Positions 51,987 to 61,510 of a stretch of 64,000 nt of DNA are shown piece after piece. The DNA is taken from IMG/VR virus record IMGVR_UViG_3300028569_002824, positions 1-64,000 of that record. One strand, 5' to 3'. The notes beneath the pieces are model-generated. The model was not told the origin of the DNA. It searched no databases and saw only the letters and a list, made by a program, of their open reading frames with translations. A program made the position numbers and the translations under genes. The DNA is from a virus. Position 1 is the first letter of the stretch. Each line of letters opens with the position of its first letter.

Positions 51987-53312
51987 TCACTTCATTTTTG
52001 TTTGAAATGGGTTTGCTCCTTGCAAATTACCTGCACCTGGAATATAAAGAATTAACAGTAATCGTTTTAAGAATTTGTCTATTGTGTAAAATATTTTTTT
52101 GTCAGCTGTGCTCTGACCATATTTTCCCATTTTTCTTACTTTATCGTAATTATCAATAAATTGCTCGCATTCACGTGTAAATTGTTCAAAAAACTTCATA
52201 ATTTGAACAACTAGTGGTTTCGATCCATGAAATCTAACATCTTCTCCCTCTCGATTAGCTCCATCAATCACGTTTTTTGGTATTTCCTCTGCTAAATTAG
52301 GATCCTCATAAGTAACCTCAAATAATAATTTCATTCCAGCATGAGAGGACATGAAAAGATTTGCAAACGATTCAACTTGTTTTTCTACTGAGCGCGGTGG
52401 CGTTGATGTGCTAAGTTTAGTGGACGCAATGGCTGATTTGATGCGGTCCGCCTCATCTTTGATAGGATCGCTTTTGGGGCTTACTGTAGGAGCGGGAGCC
52501 GGATCCGGCGCTGCAGAAGTTAACTTATCTACGATTCGTTGTCTTATTGAATCCAACATTTTTACCACTCCAGGGTCTGTTGAGTTAATTACTTGATCAA
52601 GTAATTGTTCGAGTTCCGTTGATATTTCTGGACTCATCTTTGGGTTGGCCACTAATATCTGTAAAATTTTTGTTAAATCATCAGGGTTTTGCTGAAGATG
52701 TTTTTTGATATTTTGGTTTTCAGCGTTCGTCGTGGGATTTGTTGCTTTGGTATCACTGACTCCAGATAAGGATCCGAGTCTACTTGGAGGAACCTCAGAA
52801 GACCCTCCTCCCCCTCCTCTAGTTGATGTAGTTTTATTATCTGATGACTCAACATCAAGACCACCACCACCACCACCACCACCACCTGAAGATCCACCAC
52901 CACCACCTGATTCTGGGGATCCGACAATTGGTTTAGCTGTTTGTAGATAACTCGGTGGGTCTTGTAAAAATTTTTGGGCCTCTTTTATAGCAGCAATTTG
53001 TTTTGATATAACGGATTTATCACTCATTTCATAATCAATGAGTTTCGCTTGGCTTTTTAAGTATTGCTCAATAGCGCCAAGGGTTTTTGTGCGAAACGAA
53101 TTCCATAAATGTTGAACTTGAGCTTCAGTTGGATTCTTTTGGTTTTCTGGAGAACGAACGGTATTTGCCAATCTATTGCCAACATTTGCTGCCATACCTC
53201 CCAGTCCTTTACCAATAGTGCCAGCTTTGTGAGCTATTTGATCCCAAACGCCTTCCCCAAACACTTCACTTTCGTAAATAGATTCTAGCTTTTTCTGATC
53301 GCTATTTTTCAT
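51987..53312 (-). CDS. Late hypothetical protein with a Gly-rich linker (putative internal virion protein)
   Basis: TATAAATA upstream; (cca)n run at ~52861-52905. Confidence 0.7.
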   Translation of the reverse strand: MKNSDQKKLESIYESEVFGEGVWDQIAHKAGTIGKGLGGMAANVGNRLANTVRSPENQKNPTEAQVQHLWNSFRTKTLGAIEQYLKSQAKLIDYEMSDKSVISKQIAAIKEAQKFLQDPPSYLQTAKPIVGSPESGGGGGSSGGGGGGGGGLDVESSDNKTTSTRGGGGGSSEVPPSRLGSLSGVSDTKATNPTTNAENQNIKKHLQQNPDDLTKILQILVANPKMSPEISTELEQLLDQVINSTDPGVVKMLDSIRQRIVDKLTSAAPDPAPAPTVSPKSDPIKDEADRIKSAIASTKLSTSTPPRSVEKQVESFANLFMSSHAGMKLLFEVTYEDPNLAEEIPKNVIDGANREGEDVRFHGSKPLVVQIMKFFEQFTRECEQFIDNYDKVRKMGKYGQSTADKKIFYTIDKFLKRLLLILYIPGAGNLQGANPFQTKMK

Positions 53313-53368
53313 TGTATTTATTTATACAAAACCTTAACTTTTTACACATTAACTAATAAATAACCAAT

Positions 53369-54628
53369 ATGTTAAAGTTTAAAAACTTAATTCTGTCGAT
53401 AATAAACGAGGGACCTGCTGTTGCAGTTGCTCCTGCAACAGGTACTTCCACTACACCAGCTGCACCGAGTACTTCTACTGCACCTGTTACAGCACCTAGT
53501 AGCGGACAGCCACTATCTTTGAGAGATTTGTTTTTTACTCCTCTATCTAATACGACGAGTGGAACACCAAACCCGCCAACCAACATCACACAAGCAATCA
53601 AAGATTTAGAAACTCCATACAACAACGCATATGGTCCCGGTTCAGCTCCAAGCGCTGATGACTTAATTAAAATTTTTAATATTTGGAAGAAGTGCTGGTC
53701 AAGAACATCAGCATCTCAATTTTTTGAATATGGGCAATATATGCCGTATATAGAATTTATGGCTCAAGTAGCTCATTTGGCCGGCAATGTAACAAACGTA
53801 GATGCCCGCTTCGAGACTGAACTTATACAACCGGCAGCATTTATGGCCGCTATAACTACATTTAAAGCCGCTCTCGTTAATAAACCAACCGCAAACCCCA
53901 TAGACTTTCCAGTATCAACAGCAGAAGGACAATACATTGCGACTCAGTTAAAAAAACACATACAAACAAATTTTGTAGGGCAAATTACTCTCGATAAGTA
54001 TGCTGGAAAAAGCATTAAAGATGCTATATTTTACATCTTAGAAGCTAGAAAGAAAGCTAGACTAGCTACACTTTCAATAGGAACTGTTCCCAATCAAGGC
54101 AAGGAAGTATTACAAATATTATTGAAACCAGATAACTTTGCTGGAGGCAACTATGCCTTCAGCAACAAGGTAAGTAGTGATAAAATCTATACTAGAGCAA
54201 TACATACCGAATTGTTAGGTATAGGTTTGTCAGCCAGAAGACTGTTTGATGCGGAGTGTACGAGGTTATTTGAAAAAGATCCAACAGGCAAAGGTTTTAT
54301 AGATCCAGGTCCAGAAATGGGCGATTCTGCTTATGAAGTATTTCTTAACAATGGGTCTCTCGATGGACAAAATTGCTTTGCATTTGCTGATGATGGAGGA
54401 GGAACTGTATCAGCTACTGATGTTGGAACTGGAGGATATATTGTGGGAAACCTCAAGGCAATTTCATCTAAGAACGAAGCGGCTAAAGATCTTTACGATA
54501 AGCTTACTGAATTAGCTAATTATGTTAGAGAGGGTGAAATAGTTGATTGGTTGGCAGTAATTGGCGGAGCAACAAAAATTGCTGGAGGATTGAGCATGGG
54601 AGCTCCCACAGTCGGAGGTAAGAGATAG
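53369..54628 (+). CDS. Late hypothetical protein with a P/T/A-rich N-terminal linker
   Basis: TAAATA at 53357-53362. Confidence 0.7.
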   Translation: MLKFKNLILSIINEGPAVAVAPATGTSTTPAAPSTSTAPVTAPSSGQPLSLRDLFFTPLSNTTSGTPNPPTNITQAIKDLETPYNNAYGPGSAPSADDLIKIFNIWKKCWSRTSASQFFEYGQYMPYIEFMAQVAHLAGNVTNVDARFETELIQPAAFMAAITTFKAALVNKPTANPIDFPVSTAEGQYIATQLKKHIQTNFVGQITLDKYAGKSIKDAIFYILEARKKARLATLSIGTVPNQGKEVLQILLKPDNFAGGNYAFSNKVSSDKIYTRAIHTELLGIGLSARRLFDAECTRLFEKDPTGKGFIDPGPEMGDSAYEVFLNNGSLDGQNCFAFADDGGGTVSATDVGTGGYIVGNLKAISSKNEAAKDLYDKLTELANYVREGEIVDWLAVIGGATKIAGGLSMGAPTVGGKR

Positions 54629-54633
54629 AATTA

Positions 54634-55650
54634 TCATAGCTTCATTAGTTTCTGTTTAACTATAGCTTCACTGCCTTTGAGGCTATTTTTAACAATAAAT
54701 TTCCACGAAATTTCATCTAACTCAAGACTACAGCACACTTCATTGATGTCTTTAAATCGTCGAAATTCCTTGGGCCAAATGAATACACGCTTTCCACTAC
54801 GAATTGTTTTTTCTATTTTCTTTGCGGTTTGCTCGTTGTTTTTATCGTTATCAAACACATAAATCTGCTCATATCCAAGAAGACTATTAAGCTCGTCTAT
54901 TTGACATTCAGTTGGTGAAAGAGCAGCAATAGCAACACCGTTTTTGACAAACATTGAATCAATAGGTCCCTCAAAAATAAAAACAAAAGGAACCTCTGGA
55001 ATTATATTGTTAATACCAAAAACATGCTTCTCTCCAAATTTAGTCAAATATTTAGGAAATTGATCTCCAGTTAAAGCTCTGGTTTGATAACAAATAACCT
55101 TATTTGCATCATTAAAGAATGGGAGAACCAATCTATTCTTATGAATCTTGTCTTCAAGCGAAATATAAAACGTCTTGCATCTATTTACTGCAGAAAATAA
55201 TCTCCTTGACTTACAACACTCCAGTGCAGTTTGGAGCATTTGGTTCTCTTTAAAGAAATTAACTTGCGTTAAATCACACAAATCTATACTATTCTCAGGA
55301 AGATCAGGAATTTCGGTTGGTAATGCAACATTTTCTTTGTGCGATGCTTTAAATTTTCTAGGATTAATAATCTCGGATTTATTCTTTTCGTTATTCTTTT
55401 TAATTATTTCAGTAACAGAAAGTCCAGAAACCTCCTTAACCCATTCAAACGGTTTCCACGATTTAGAGCAATTATGACAAAAGAAATACTGTTTATTAGG
55501 AAAGTAAAATAGTCTTCTCGTTCTTCCGGCTGACTTTCCCTCTTTGCATACAGGACATTCTGCATTGAATACATTTTGATATCGTTTATGTATAGGCCTT
55601 TTGCAGTGCACATACATCATCTCGATCAAAAACTCTTGCGTTAGTTCCAC
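54634..55650 (-). CDS. DNA primase (T4 gp61-like)
   Basis: CPVC..CHNC zinc finger, KY, FEGPIDSMF, FDND, KDINE. Confidence 0.93.
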   Translation of the reverse strand: MELTQEFLIEMMYVHCKRPIHKRYQNVFNAECPVCKEGKSAGRTRRLFYFPNKQYFFCHNCSKSWKPFEWVKEVSGLSVTEIIKKNNEKNKSEIINPRKFKASHKENVALPTEIPDLPENSIDLCDLTQVNFFKENQMLQTALECCKSRRLFSAVNRCKTFYISLEDKIHKNRLVLPFFNDANKVICYQTRALTGDQFPKYLTKFGEKHVFGINNIIPEVPFVFIFEGPIDSMFVKNGVAIAALSPTECQIDELNSLLGYEQIYVFDNDKNNEQTAKKIEKTIRSGKRVFIWPKEFRRFKDINEVCCSLELDEISWKFIVKNSLKGSEAIVKQKLMKL

Positions 55651-55696
55651 GAATGAAACTATACAAGGTAGTAATCCAAATTCAACCTAATATTAA

Positions 55697-56128
55697 TTAG
55701 CGCTTGACTGCGTTGATCATGAAGCTCTTGAGCTTCTCAGAAATAGATAGAAGTGTTTCTGCGACGCTTACGATGTCAACTTTTGTTCTGGATGAAATTC
55801 CGTCAAATGGCGTTCCTGGTCTATCTAATGAAGACACAAGGCTCTGTAGGGAAGTACCTTCTAAGCCGTTGATTTTTTCAGCAAAATCTTCTAGTTGAAA
55901 TATATAATCTTTTAATGTTGCGCCTGTTGGAGCAGTTGCTTCTGAAGTTGTTCCTTCAGTTTCTCCTTCTGCTTGCTCTCCTGGAGCTTGAGGAATTGGT
56001 TCCACATCATCAAAATCTTCAGGCATTGGAACAGTCGAACCGCCACTTTCTGCTGGAGCTTCTTCAGTCTCTTTGTTGGCTTCGTCTTCCTTCAAGTATA
56101 CACTATTATAAAGTTCTTCAAATCTCAT
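55697..56128 (-). CDS. Acidic late protein
   Basis: TAAATA 5 nt upstream; MRFEELYNSVYLKE leader. Confidence 0.7.
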   Translation of the reverse strand: MRFEELYNSVYLKEDEANKETEEAPAESGGSTVPMPEDFDDVEPIPQAPGEQAEGETEGTTSEATAPTGATLKDYIFQLEDFAEKINGLEGTSLQSLVSSLDRPGTPFDGISSRTKVDIVSVAETLLSISEKLKSFMINAVKR

Positions 56129-56138
56129 AATTATATTT

Positions 56139-56516
56139 ATGATTTTACTGGAGTTTTTCTATAGTATGTGTTGGATAAATCTGATTATGTTAACGTGGTT
56201 TATTACTGACGCGGCATATTCCTACTTAACGTTGTTTAATTGTCTTACTAAACTTCGGTTACGTTTTGCTATTTATTTGATCACAAATGAAGACGGTACC
56301 TTTATAACATTTTTAAACCACGAGAGTACCGACCCTAACATAACTCCGCTGCATAGATTTTTATTGAAACTAATAACGTGTCCCTTGTGTTTAGCGATGT
56401 GGCTTTCAATTACGTGTTGCTTATTGTGGTTAGACGTTGGAAATATAGCTCCACTTTATATTATATCTATTGTAACATTTTTGCTTCTGCGGAAATTGAT
56501 TCAAATACTTCTGTAA
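56139..56516 (+). CDS. Putative membrane protein
   Basis: Hydrophobic segments; LITCPLCLAMW motif. Confidence 0.6.
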   Translation: MILLEFFYSMCWINLIMLTWFITDAAYSYLTLFNCLTKLRLRFAIYLITNEDGTFITFLNHESTDPNITPLHRFLLKLITCPLCLAMWLSITCCLLWLDVGNIAPLYIISIVTFLLLRKLIQILL

Positions 56517-57267
56517 TTTCCTGTTGTATGTTTTCAAGTTCGAACACCTTGTATGTATCGTTATTAACGTTTAACCAAACAATCTTAAGACCTGAAATTT
56601 TAATACTCGTGTATTTCTCTATTATGTATTTATACGCGTTGAGTTGTATTGTGTAGTGAGTAAGTTCACAATCCGGCATTAAATCAAATGGAGCTTTGAG
56701 CTTGGTTTTATATTTAGCTTTTGTGTTAATATTTTTGTTTGTCTTGAAATCTACAATCTCGTAACTATCCGTAGCACAATTGTAACAAAGCAAATCAACC
56801 ATTCCACAAATTCGTGTATCGTCCAAGTCACCAACAACCAATTCTGTTCTAGCACAAATTAAGTCGGAATAATCTGAATAAAATTGTTGAAAATACTGCA
56901 CCAACACAGGCAATCTTTCAAGCAATTCAATCTTTTGCTCTGTTTTGAGGATGGACGAAACCAGAGACTGATCAACAGCGATTTTTTTGTTTGCATAGAA
57001 ATTTTCTATGTATTTGTGCACAATGCTTCCCAACGTCGTAGACAGCTTATTTTTAAGTTCCCATTCTTCTTTAATTGATTCTTGGCTTACTCCGTTTTTT
57101 CTTGCTACTTTTAAAGATACGCTTTCAACATCAAATACGGGTTTAACTCTTTTAATCAATCCGGTTACTGAGAACCCATGAGATTGTACATTATCAATAA
57201 AATAGGTATGTGTTTTTTCTACAAACGTAATTTTGTTGAAGATTGAAAGCTCTTTAAAAATATTCAC
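56467..57267 (-). CDS. PD-(D/E)xK exonuclease
   Basis: HTY, SVT, LGSIVH.YIE, GMVDLL, IVDFKT, QLNAY. Confidence 0.85.
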   Translation of the reverse strand: MNIFKELSIFNKITFVEKTHTYFIDNVQSHGFSVTGLIKRVKPVFDVESVSLKVARKNGVSQESIKEEWELKNKLSTTLGSIVHKYIENFYANKKIAVDQSLVSSILKTEQKIELLERLPVLVQYFQQFYSDYSDLICARTELVVGDLDDTRICGMVDLLCYNCATDSYEIVDFKTNKNINTKAKYKTKLKAPFDLMPDCELTHYTIQLNAYKYIIEKYTSIKISGLKIVWLNVNNDTYKVFELENIQQEITEVFESISAEAKMLQ

Positions 57268-57488
57268 TAATTAGAGGATACATTATCTATAATAAAAAGC
57301 TCCCCATTTTGACCAAGTTCCTTTAATATGCCAAACATTTTATTGCCTTCCCACAACCATTTAATACTATCACCATGCTCGAATCTCAGCGATTTATCGA
57401 GGTATATACTACCTCCTTCGTCATATTTTTCCAAATCGAGATAAAACCGATTGCCTTCTTTGTAAATAAAATTTGTTAAATTAATCAT
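57267..57488 (-). CDS. Hypothetical protein
   Basis: Overlapping-operon ORF. Confidence 0.55.
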   Translation of the reverse strand: MINLTNFIYKEGNRFYLDLEKYDEGGSIYLDKSLRFEHGDSIKWLWEGNKMFGILKELGQNGELFIIDNVSSN

Positions 57489-57927
57489 TCGTTTGTGTAT
57501 TGTAATTTGCTAACCATGCTGAAAGCTGAGTTTTTTTTGATTTTGGATATCTAAATTTGTAGCCTCCCCAGCTCTTTGTGTCAACGTATTTAGTCCAAAG
57601 GGTTTTTGCTATGATATCAACCCGGTTCTCAATATCAAATTGCCTTTCAGGAGAGATGTTTCTGTCTGCTCCTGTATGATAACCTAACCACTTTTTTTGT
57701 TGAACGGCAACGTGATGAGCTAACTCATGAAAAAACACGAACATCATCATAATCCTTTGTTGTTTATTATTAATAAAAATATTACCTGTATCGAAATTAT
57801 ATGAACCATCAACACGTGTTGATTGATTGTTAAAATATATTTTATTTACATTATGTTCTAATGCAATAAGACTCATTAAAAATCTTATTTGTTTTTTTGG
57901 AATTTTTGAGTCAATAAAAAGTTTCAT
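57481..57927 (-). CDS. HExxH metallopeptidase-like protein (ImmA/IrrE-like)
   Basis: IFINN...FFHELAH...E..VD. Confidence 0.6.
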   Translation of the reverse strand: MKLFIDSKIPKKQIRFLMSLIALEHNVNKIYFNNQSTRVDGSYNFDTGNIFINNKQQRIMMMFVFFHELAHHVAVQQKKWLGYHTGADRNISPERQFDIENRVDIIAKTLWTKYVDTKSWGGYKFRYPKSKKTQLSAWLANYNTQTND

Positions 57928-57940
57928 AATAGACAGTTAA

Positions 57941-58156
57941 TTACGTAGCTTCATTTTTATTTTGTGTTTGTAAAATCAATAACTCAGCAAGCGCGTCCTC
58001 GAATGATACGTGACGAATACTATTAGTGCCAACCGACTTTGAAATTGTGTGGGAAGCAGGATCAATTTCTCTTACGATATTATACAGTTGTGTATTGACC
58101 TGTCGGGCCAATGTATCAGAATTTGGATCCTTTATTATACAACTCCTAAAATTCAT
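57941..58156 (-). CDS. Hypothetical protein
   Basis: 71-aa ORF in the operon. Confidence 0.5.
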   Translation of the reverse strand: MNFRSCIIKDPNSDTLARQVNTQLYNIVREIDPASHTISKSVGTNSIRHVSFEDALAELLILQTQNKNEAT

Positions 58157-58157
58157 A

Positions 58158-58565
58158 CTATTTCACTTTAAAATATACAGCAACAATTTGTATTATAATA
58201 TTTAATGCAAACATAATAACCGATCCATACAAAGCCAACGTAGCTTTACTTTTGGTTTTATGGTGATCCGACATGTCTATTTCTCTCTCAATTGTGGATA
58301 TTCGCTTATTAAACCCACTATCTTCATAAAGCTCTACATCTAAATCCTCCTGGATGGACTTTAAACTCAAATTTATCTGCGTATTCCATATCTTTGCTTC
58401 AGCTTCAGATACAGCAATAGTTTGTTTAAGTTCAGCAGTTTCCTTATTAAGATTTTGGAGAACCAAATTATGATCATTTAATTGTTGTAAAACAAGCATT
58501 TGATACTTGGACCACCCATTGCCTTCGTAACCGTTACCTACAGAGTTATCAATGTTTTGATTCAT
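58158..58565 (-). CDS. Coiled-coil protein with a C-terminal transmembrane helix
   Basis: Heptad region, then LALYGSVIMFALNIIIQIVAVYF. Confidence 0.7.
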   Translation of the reverse strand: MNQNIDNSVGNGYEGNGWSKYQMLVLQQLNDHNLVLQNLNKETAELKQTIAVSEAEAKIWNTQINLSLKSIQEDLDVELYEDSGFNKRISTIEREIDMSDHHKTKSKATLALYGSVIMFALNIIIQIVAVYFKVK

Positions 58566-58567
58566 GA

Positions 58568-59467
58568 TTACGTATGTAAATGCACAAAGCCACTTTCAGA
58601 ATTTGGAGACCACTCGTATTTGATTCCGATTTTTTCTGTAATGTCTCTTAATACTCCAATATAATGTGCAACAATTCCTTCTTCTTTGACCGAAGAAATT
58701 GCAAATCGGTTATAAAATATTTCACCGGTCTTTCTTTGGCACTGGAGAAGCACATCACAATTGTCTCCAGATCCTAAACAGCGTTTTAGGGTAGACATCG
58801 CTCTTGATTGATGTGATTCATCAGTAACAATATCCAAAAATGATTTTCCTAAAGCCTCTTCTGTAATATATCCTGTAATTAGTTCGAATGATTTGTTGGC
58901 ATATACAATTGTTGGAGTGCCGTGTTGCAATTCCATTACTACAATACCGTCCGTAGAAGAATTTACTGCATTTTGCAATAATTTAAAATTATATCCGTGG
59001 TTATTTTTAAATTGTGAAATATCAGACGCAACACCAATAACTCGTTCTTCGCGATCATCACATAAGGAAAACCTCCAAACTAAACGAACGTGATTTCCGT
59101 CCATAGAAATCCACCTATTTATGAATGCGTTATTGCCCAAAAAACGCGTAATTTTTCCTGATTTAATTTCATTGAACTTATTCTTAGACTCTTCTACATC
59201 TTCTGCGCTTATAAAGTCCCATAACGATTTACCAATTAAATCAGCTCTAGTATATCCCAAGATAGTAAATGCAGCATCGCTAATTTTAATAATTGTAGCG
59301 TCTTTGTCCAAAAAAACAATAATGTCCGGTGATGCAGCAAAAATTAAAGCTAGCTGACTTTCTAATTCAGTCAAATATGCTGACAAATTGTTTAAACTAC
59401 CTTGTCTGGAATGTATAGCCTCTAGTAGCTTTTCATTTTCTGTAATCAATTGGCTTTTTGTGATCAT
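58568..59467 (-). CDS. Tandem PAS-PAS sensor protein with no output domain
   Basis: PAS1: IFAASPDII..ILGYT..DLIGKS..DF..ED..GVASDIS; PAS2: DGIVV..IVYANKSFELITGY..EEALGK..RKTGE..YIGVLRDITE. Confidence 0.88.
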   Translation of the reverse strand: MITKSQLITENEKLLEAIHSRQGSLNNLSAYLTELESQLALIFAASPDIIVFLDKDATIIKISDAAFTILGYTRADLIGKSLWDFISAEDVEESKNKFNEIKSGKITRFLGNNAFINRWISMDGNHVRLVWRFSLCDDREERVIGVASDISQFKNNHGYNFKLLQNAVNSSTDGIVVMELQHGTPTIVYANKSFELITGYITEEALGKSFLDIVTDESHQSRAMSTLKRCLGSGDNCDVLLQCQRKTGEIFYNRFAISSVKEEGIVAHYIGVLRDITEKIGIKYEWSPNSESGFVHLHT

Positions 59468-59496
59468 ATTATGTTAATATGTGAGTTGGCTATTTA

Positions 59497-60111
59497 TTAA
59501 CACGACTCAATTAGTTTTGCTTCTGATTCTCTTCTATCAAGCAATCCATCAAGTCCTTTACCCAACCAAATTCGTTTCATGCTTCTAAATTCTTTAGCTA
59601 TCTTTTTATAGTCTTTTTTAGGAATCAAATTTTTAATATTAACCATCTCTCTTCTTGAATCTCCTTTAAGACTCGTGCCTCTATTAAACACTAAAGAAAC
59701 AACTGCACCATATGCATCAGGATGCAAGTCAGACAACCCAGGAAAGGTTTTTTCCGCAAGCTTACTAAATTTAGGCCACGTGAGAGTATTAAAAATAGTT
59801 AATGCTTGTTCCCAATTTATATTAATTCCGAAAGCTCTTAATTTTTTAGTATACTCTTTTCCACGCGCTCCTGTTTTTCCAGAAGCTTCTTGAATCTGGG
59901 ATAGTTGATTAGATGGCAAGAAGTCAAAAATTTTAGCAAGTTCCGTCTCTGTATAGTAAGCACAGTCGACACCAATTGCTATCGTTGGTCCAGAAGCTCC
60001 TCCGGGCCATGTAAACTTGGAAAGATATTTTTCGTAATACGATTTGCCTCCTCCTACCTCATACTGGAGAAGCAAGCTTAATGTGTTGTTGGACGGTTTA
60101 CTTGAGTTCAT
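59497..60111 (-). CDS. Endolysin, lysozyme-like (pesticin-type muramidase)
   Basis: EVGG..WPGGASGPTIAIGVD, AVVSLVFNRG, GLLDRRESEA. Confidence 0.8.
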   Translation of the reverse strand: MNSSKPSNNTLSLLLQYEVGGGKSYYEKYLSKFTWPGGASGPTIAIGVDCAYYTETELAKIFDFLPSNQLSQIQEASGKTGARGKEYTKKLRAFGININWEQALTIFNTLTWPKFSKLAEKTFPGLSDLHPDAYGAVVSLVFNRGTSLKGDSRREMVNIKNLIPKKDYKKIAKEFRSMKRIWLGKGLDGLLDRRESEAKLIESC

Positions 60112-60526
60112 AATCGTCTTCTTTAGCGTTTGTGTGAATAACTGTTATGTTTTCTGTTTTTTCGGTGCGAGTCATTCCCTCCAATGATGCACTCGAAGCA
60201 CTGTTGTATTTTAAATCAACAACTGCTTGAGCACCAACGTACGCAGCAATAATAATAGAAAGTATTTCAATTGTTTTTGAAAACATTGTGACAAAACCGC
60301 TCACAAATTCAGGTTTAGCAGGAATTAAAAACATCATGCCAATACTTGCGAAGTAAAAAAATGCAAGAATAATTACCGAAGTCATTACAATATAAAACTT
60401 TTTAGACTCTAAATGATTAGTAGATTTCAAGCGATCATATTTGTTAGAAGCTGTATTTGGAGGTACACGATCACTGCTTAAAAACGAGACACCATTCATT
60501 ACAGCGTTTTTTATTAAAGCTATCAT
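60098..60526 (-). CDS. Putative holin with 2 TM helices (start at ATG 60526)
   Basis: SKKF + TM1, TM2 IIIAAYVGAQAVVD; overlaps the endolysin start. Confidence 0.65.
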   Translation of the reverse strand: MIALIKNAVMNGVSFLSSDRVPPNTASNKYDRLKSTNHLESKKFYIVMTSVIILAFFYFASIGMMFLIPAKPEFVSGFVTMFSKTIEILSIIIAAYVGAQAVVDLKYNSASSASLEGMTRTEKTENITVIHTNAKEDDYELK

Positions 60527-60627
60527 AATAGTGAAACAAAAGCAGCTCCAGTTAAAAATCCTAAAGTAAATACAATCTTTGTTGGGTGATTCCAAAACAA
60601 TTCTGTTATTTTCTCTTTAATATCCAT
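60523..60627 (-). CDS. Unannotated 34-aa membrane peptide MDIKEKITELFWNHPTKIVFTLGFLTGAAFVSLL
   Basis: ATG 4 nt after the upstream stop; its TGA overlaps the holin ATG (ATGA). Confidence 0.6.
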   Translation of the reverse strand: MDIKEKITELFWNHPTKIVFTLGFLTGAAFVSLL

Positions 60628-60631
60628 AATT

Positions 60632-61252
60632 TTATAAAATTCCTTTAATTCGCAAATACGTCGCTCCGCCTATTGCTATTAACAACCCCACAATAATTAA
60701 GTTTCTCTGGAGAAGAGCTAGATCTTTTTCGACTAACTTTTTTTGCATTATATTGAGATCGTTTATCATTTTATCTCTATTTTCAGCTTGTCTGATTAAT
60801 TCTTCATCAACCTGCTTTTTAGCATCAATCAGTCCGATAGTATCTCTCTGAATTTGAGCAAACGTTTCTTTATCCTTTAATAATTGTTGGTACTCTTCAG
60901 TATTAACAACTACGACAGTATCATGTCTGTATCTTTCTGGAATTACAATCATTCGTTGTTTATTAACAGGAACTGAGTCAAACTTACTACCGCTCGATAC
61001 GGTGCTTATGTGTATGTCAATTTTTTTATAAACAGCTTCTATAGGAATTCTGTTTTTTGGGGGTTTTACAATTCTCGTAGCTTCTGTAATATATTTGTCC
61101 GTTAAATCTATCCTCGCTACTTCTAAAGAATCTTTAGACGCATATACAACTTTCGACAAAGCTTCGGACTGTTTTTCAGTGTATACAGTACAGCTAGATG
61201 TTATTAACAACACCATTATTGCCATGCAAAGAGTCTTGTGATATTTACTCAT
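60632..61252 (-). CDS. Lipoprotein with a C-terminal TM helix (unimolecular-spanin-like topology)
   Basis: Signal ending LLITSS-C21; coiled coil; LIIVGLLIAIGGATYL; TAAGTA 6 nt upstream. Confidence 0.65.
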   Translation of the reverse strand: MSKYHKTLCMAIMVLLITSSCTVYTEKQSEALSKVVYASKDSLEVARIDLTDKYITEATRIVKPPKNRIPIEAVYKKIDIHISTVSSGSKFDSVPVNKQRMIVIPERYRHDTVVVVNTEEYQQLLKDKETFAQIQRDTIGLIDAKKQVDEELIRQAENRDKMINDLNIMQKKLVEKDLALLQRNLIIVGLLIAIGGATYLRIKGIL

Positions 61253-61306
61253 TACAAATACTTATGCTAAACTGTAAATTTAACTTAGATGAAACTTAAA
61301 ACCACG

Positions 61307-61510
61307 TCACATCGTACCCAACTCTAAGTTCGTGTCAATAATTTTTTGCAGTTTTTCCTCATGCAACTCAACAAGAGCGTCAATTGATTGTCTTTTAGAC
61401 CACATTTTAAATCTAAACTTTTCAACGATTGCTGCTAAATCATCCGTTAGTTCGTCAAGTGGAGGTTTAGTTAGCAAAAAATGAGCGACTTCTTCTATTG
61501 TCATGTGCAT
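61307..61510 (-). CDS. Hypothetical protein (start may be 61504)
   Basis: TTGACA-N16-TACTAT upstream. Confidence 0.55.
   Translation of the reverse strand: MHMTIEEVAHFLLTKPPLDELTDDLAAIVEKFRFKMWSKRQSIDALVELHEEKLQKIIDTNLELGTM

Noticed and set aside
52861-52905. (cca)n microsatellite as a phase-variation tract
   Set aside because: It is an in-frame triplet repeat encoding a Gly linker, so slippage would not change the frame.
56467-57267. Cas4 or another CRISPR-associated nuclease
   Set aside because: No array or cas genes in the window and no clear four-Cys Fe-S pattern; it is a generic phage PD-(D/E)xK exonuclease.
58568-58990. LOV blue-light photoreceptor
   Set aside because: PAS2 resembles LOV, but the GxNCRFLQ motif is replaced by GKSFLDIV, so the photoactive Cys is missing.
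60527-60595. TTG start for the holin
   Set aside because: The region is better explained by the 34-aa ORF coupled to ATG 60526.
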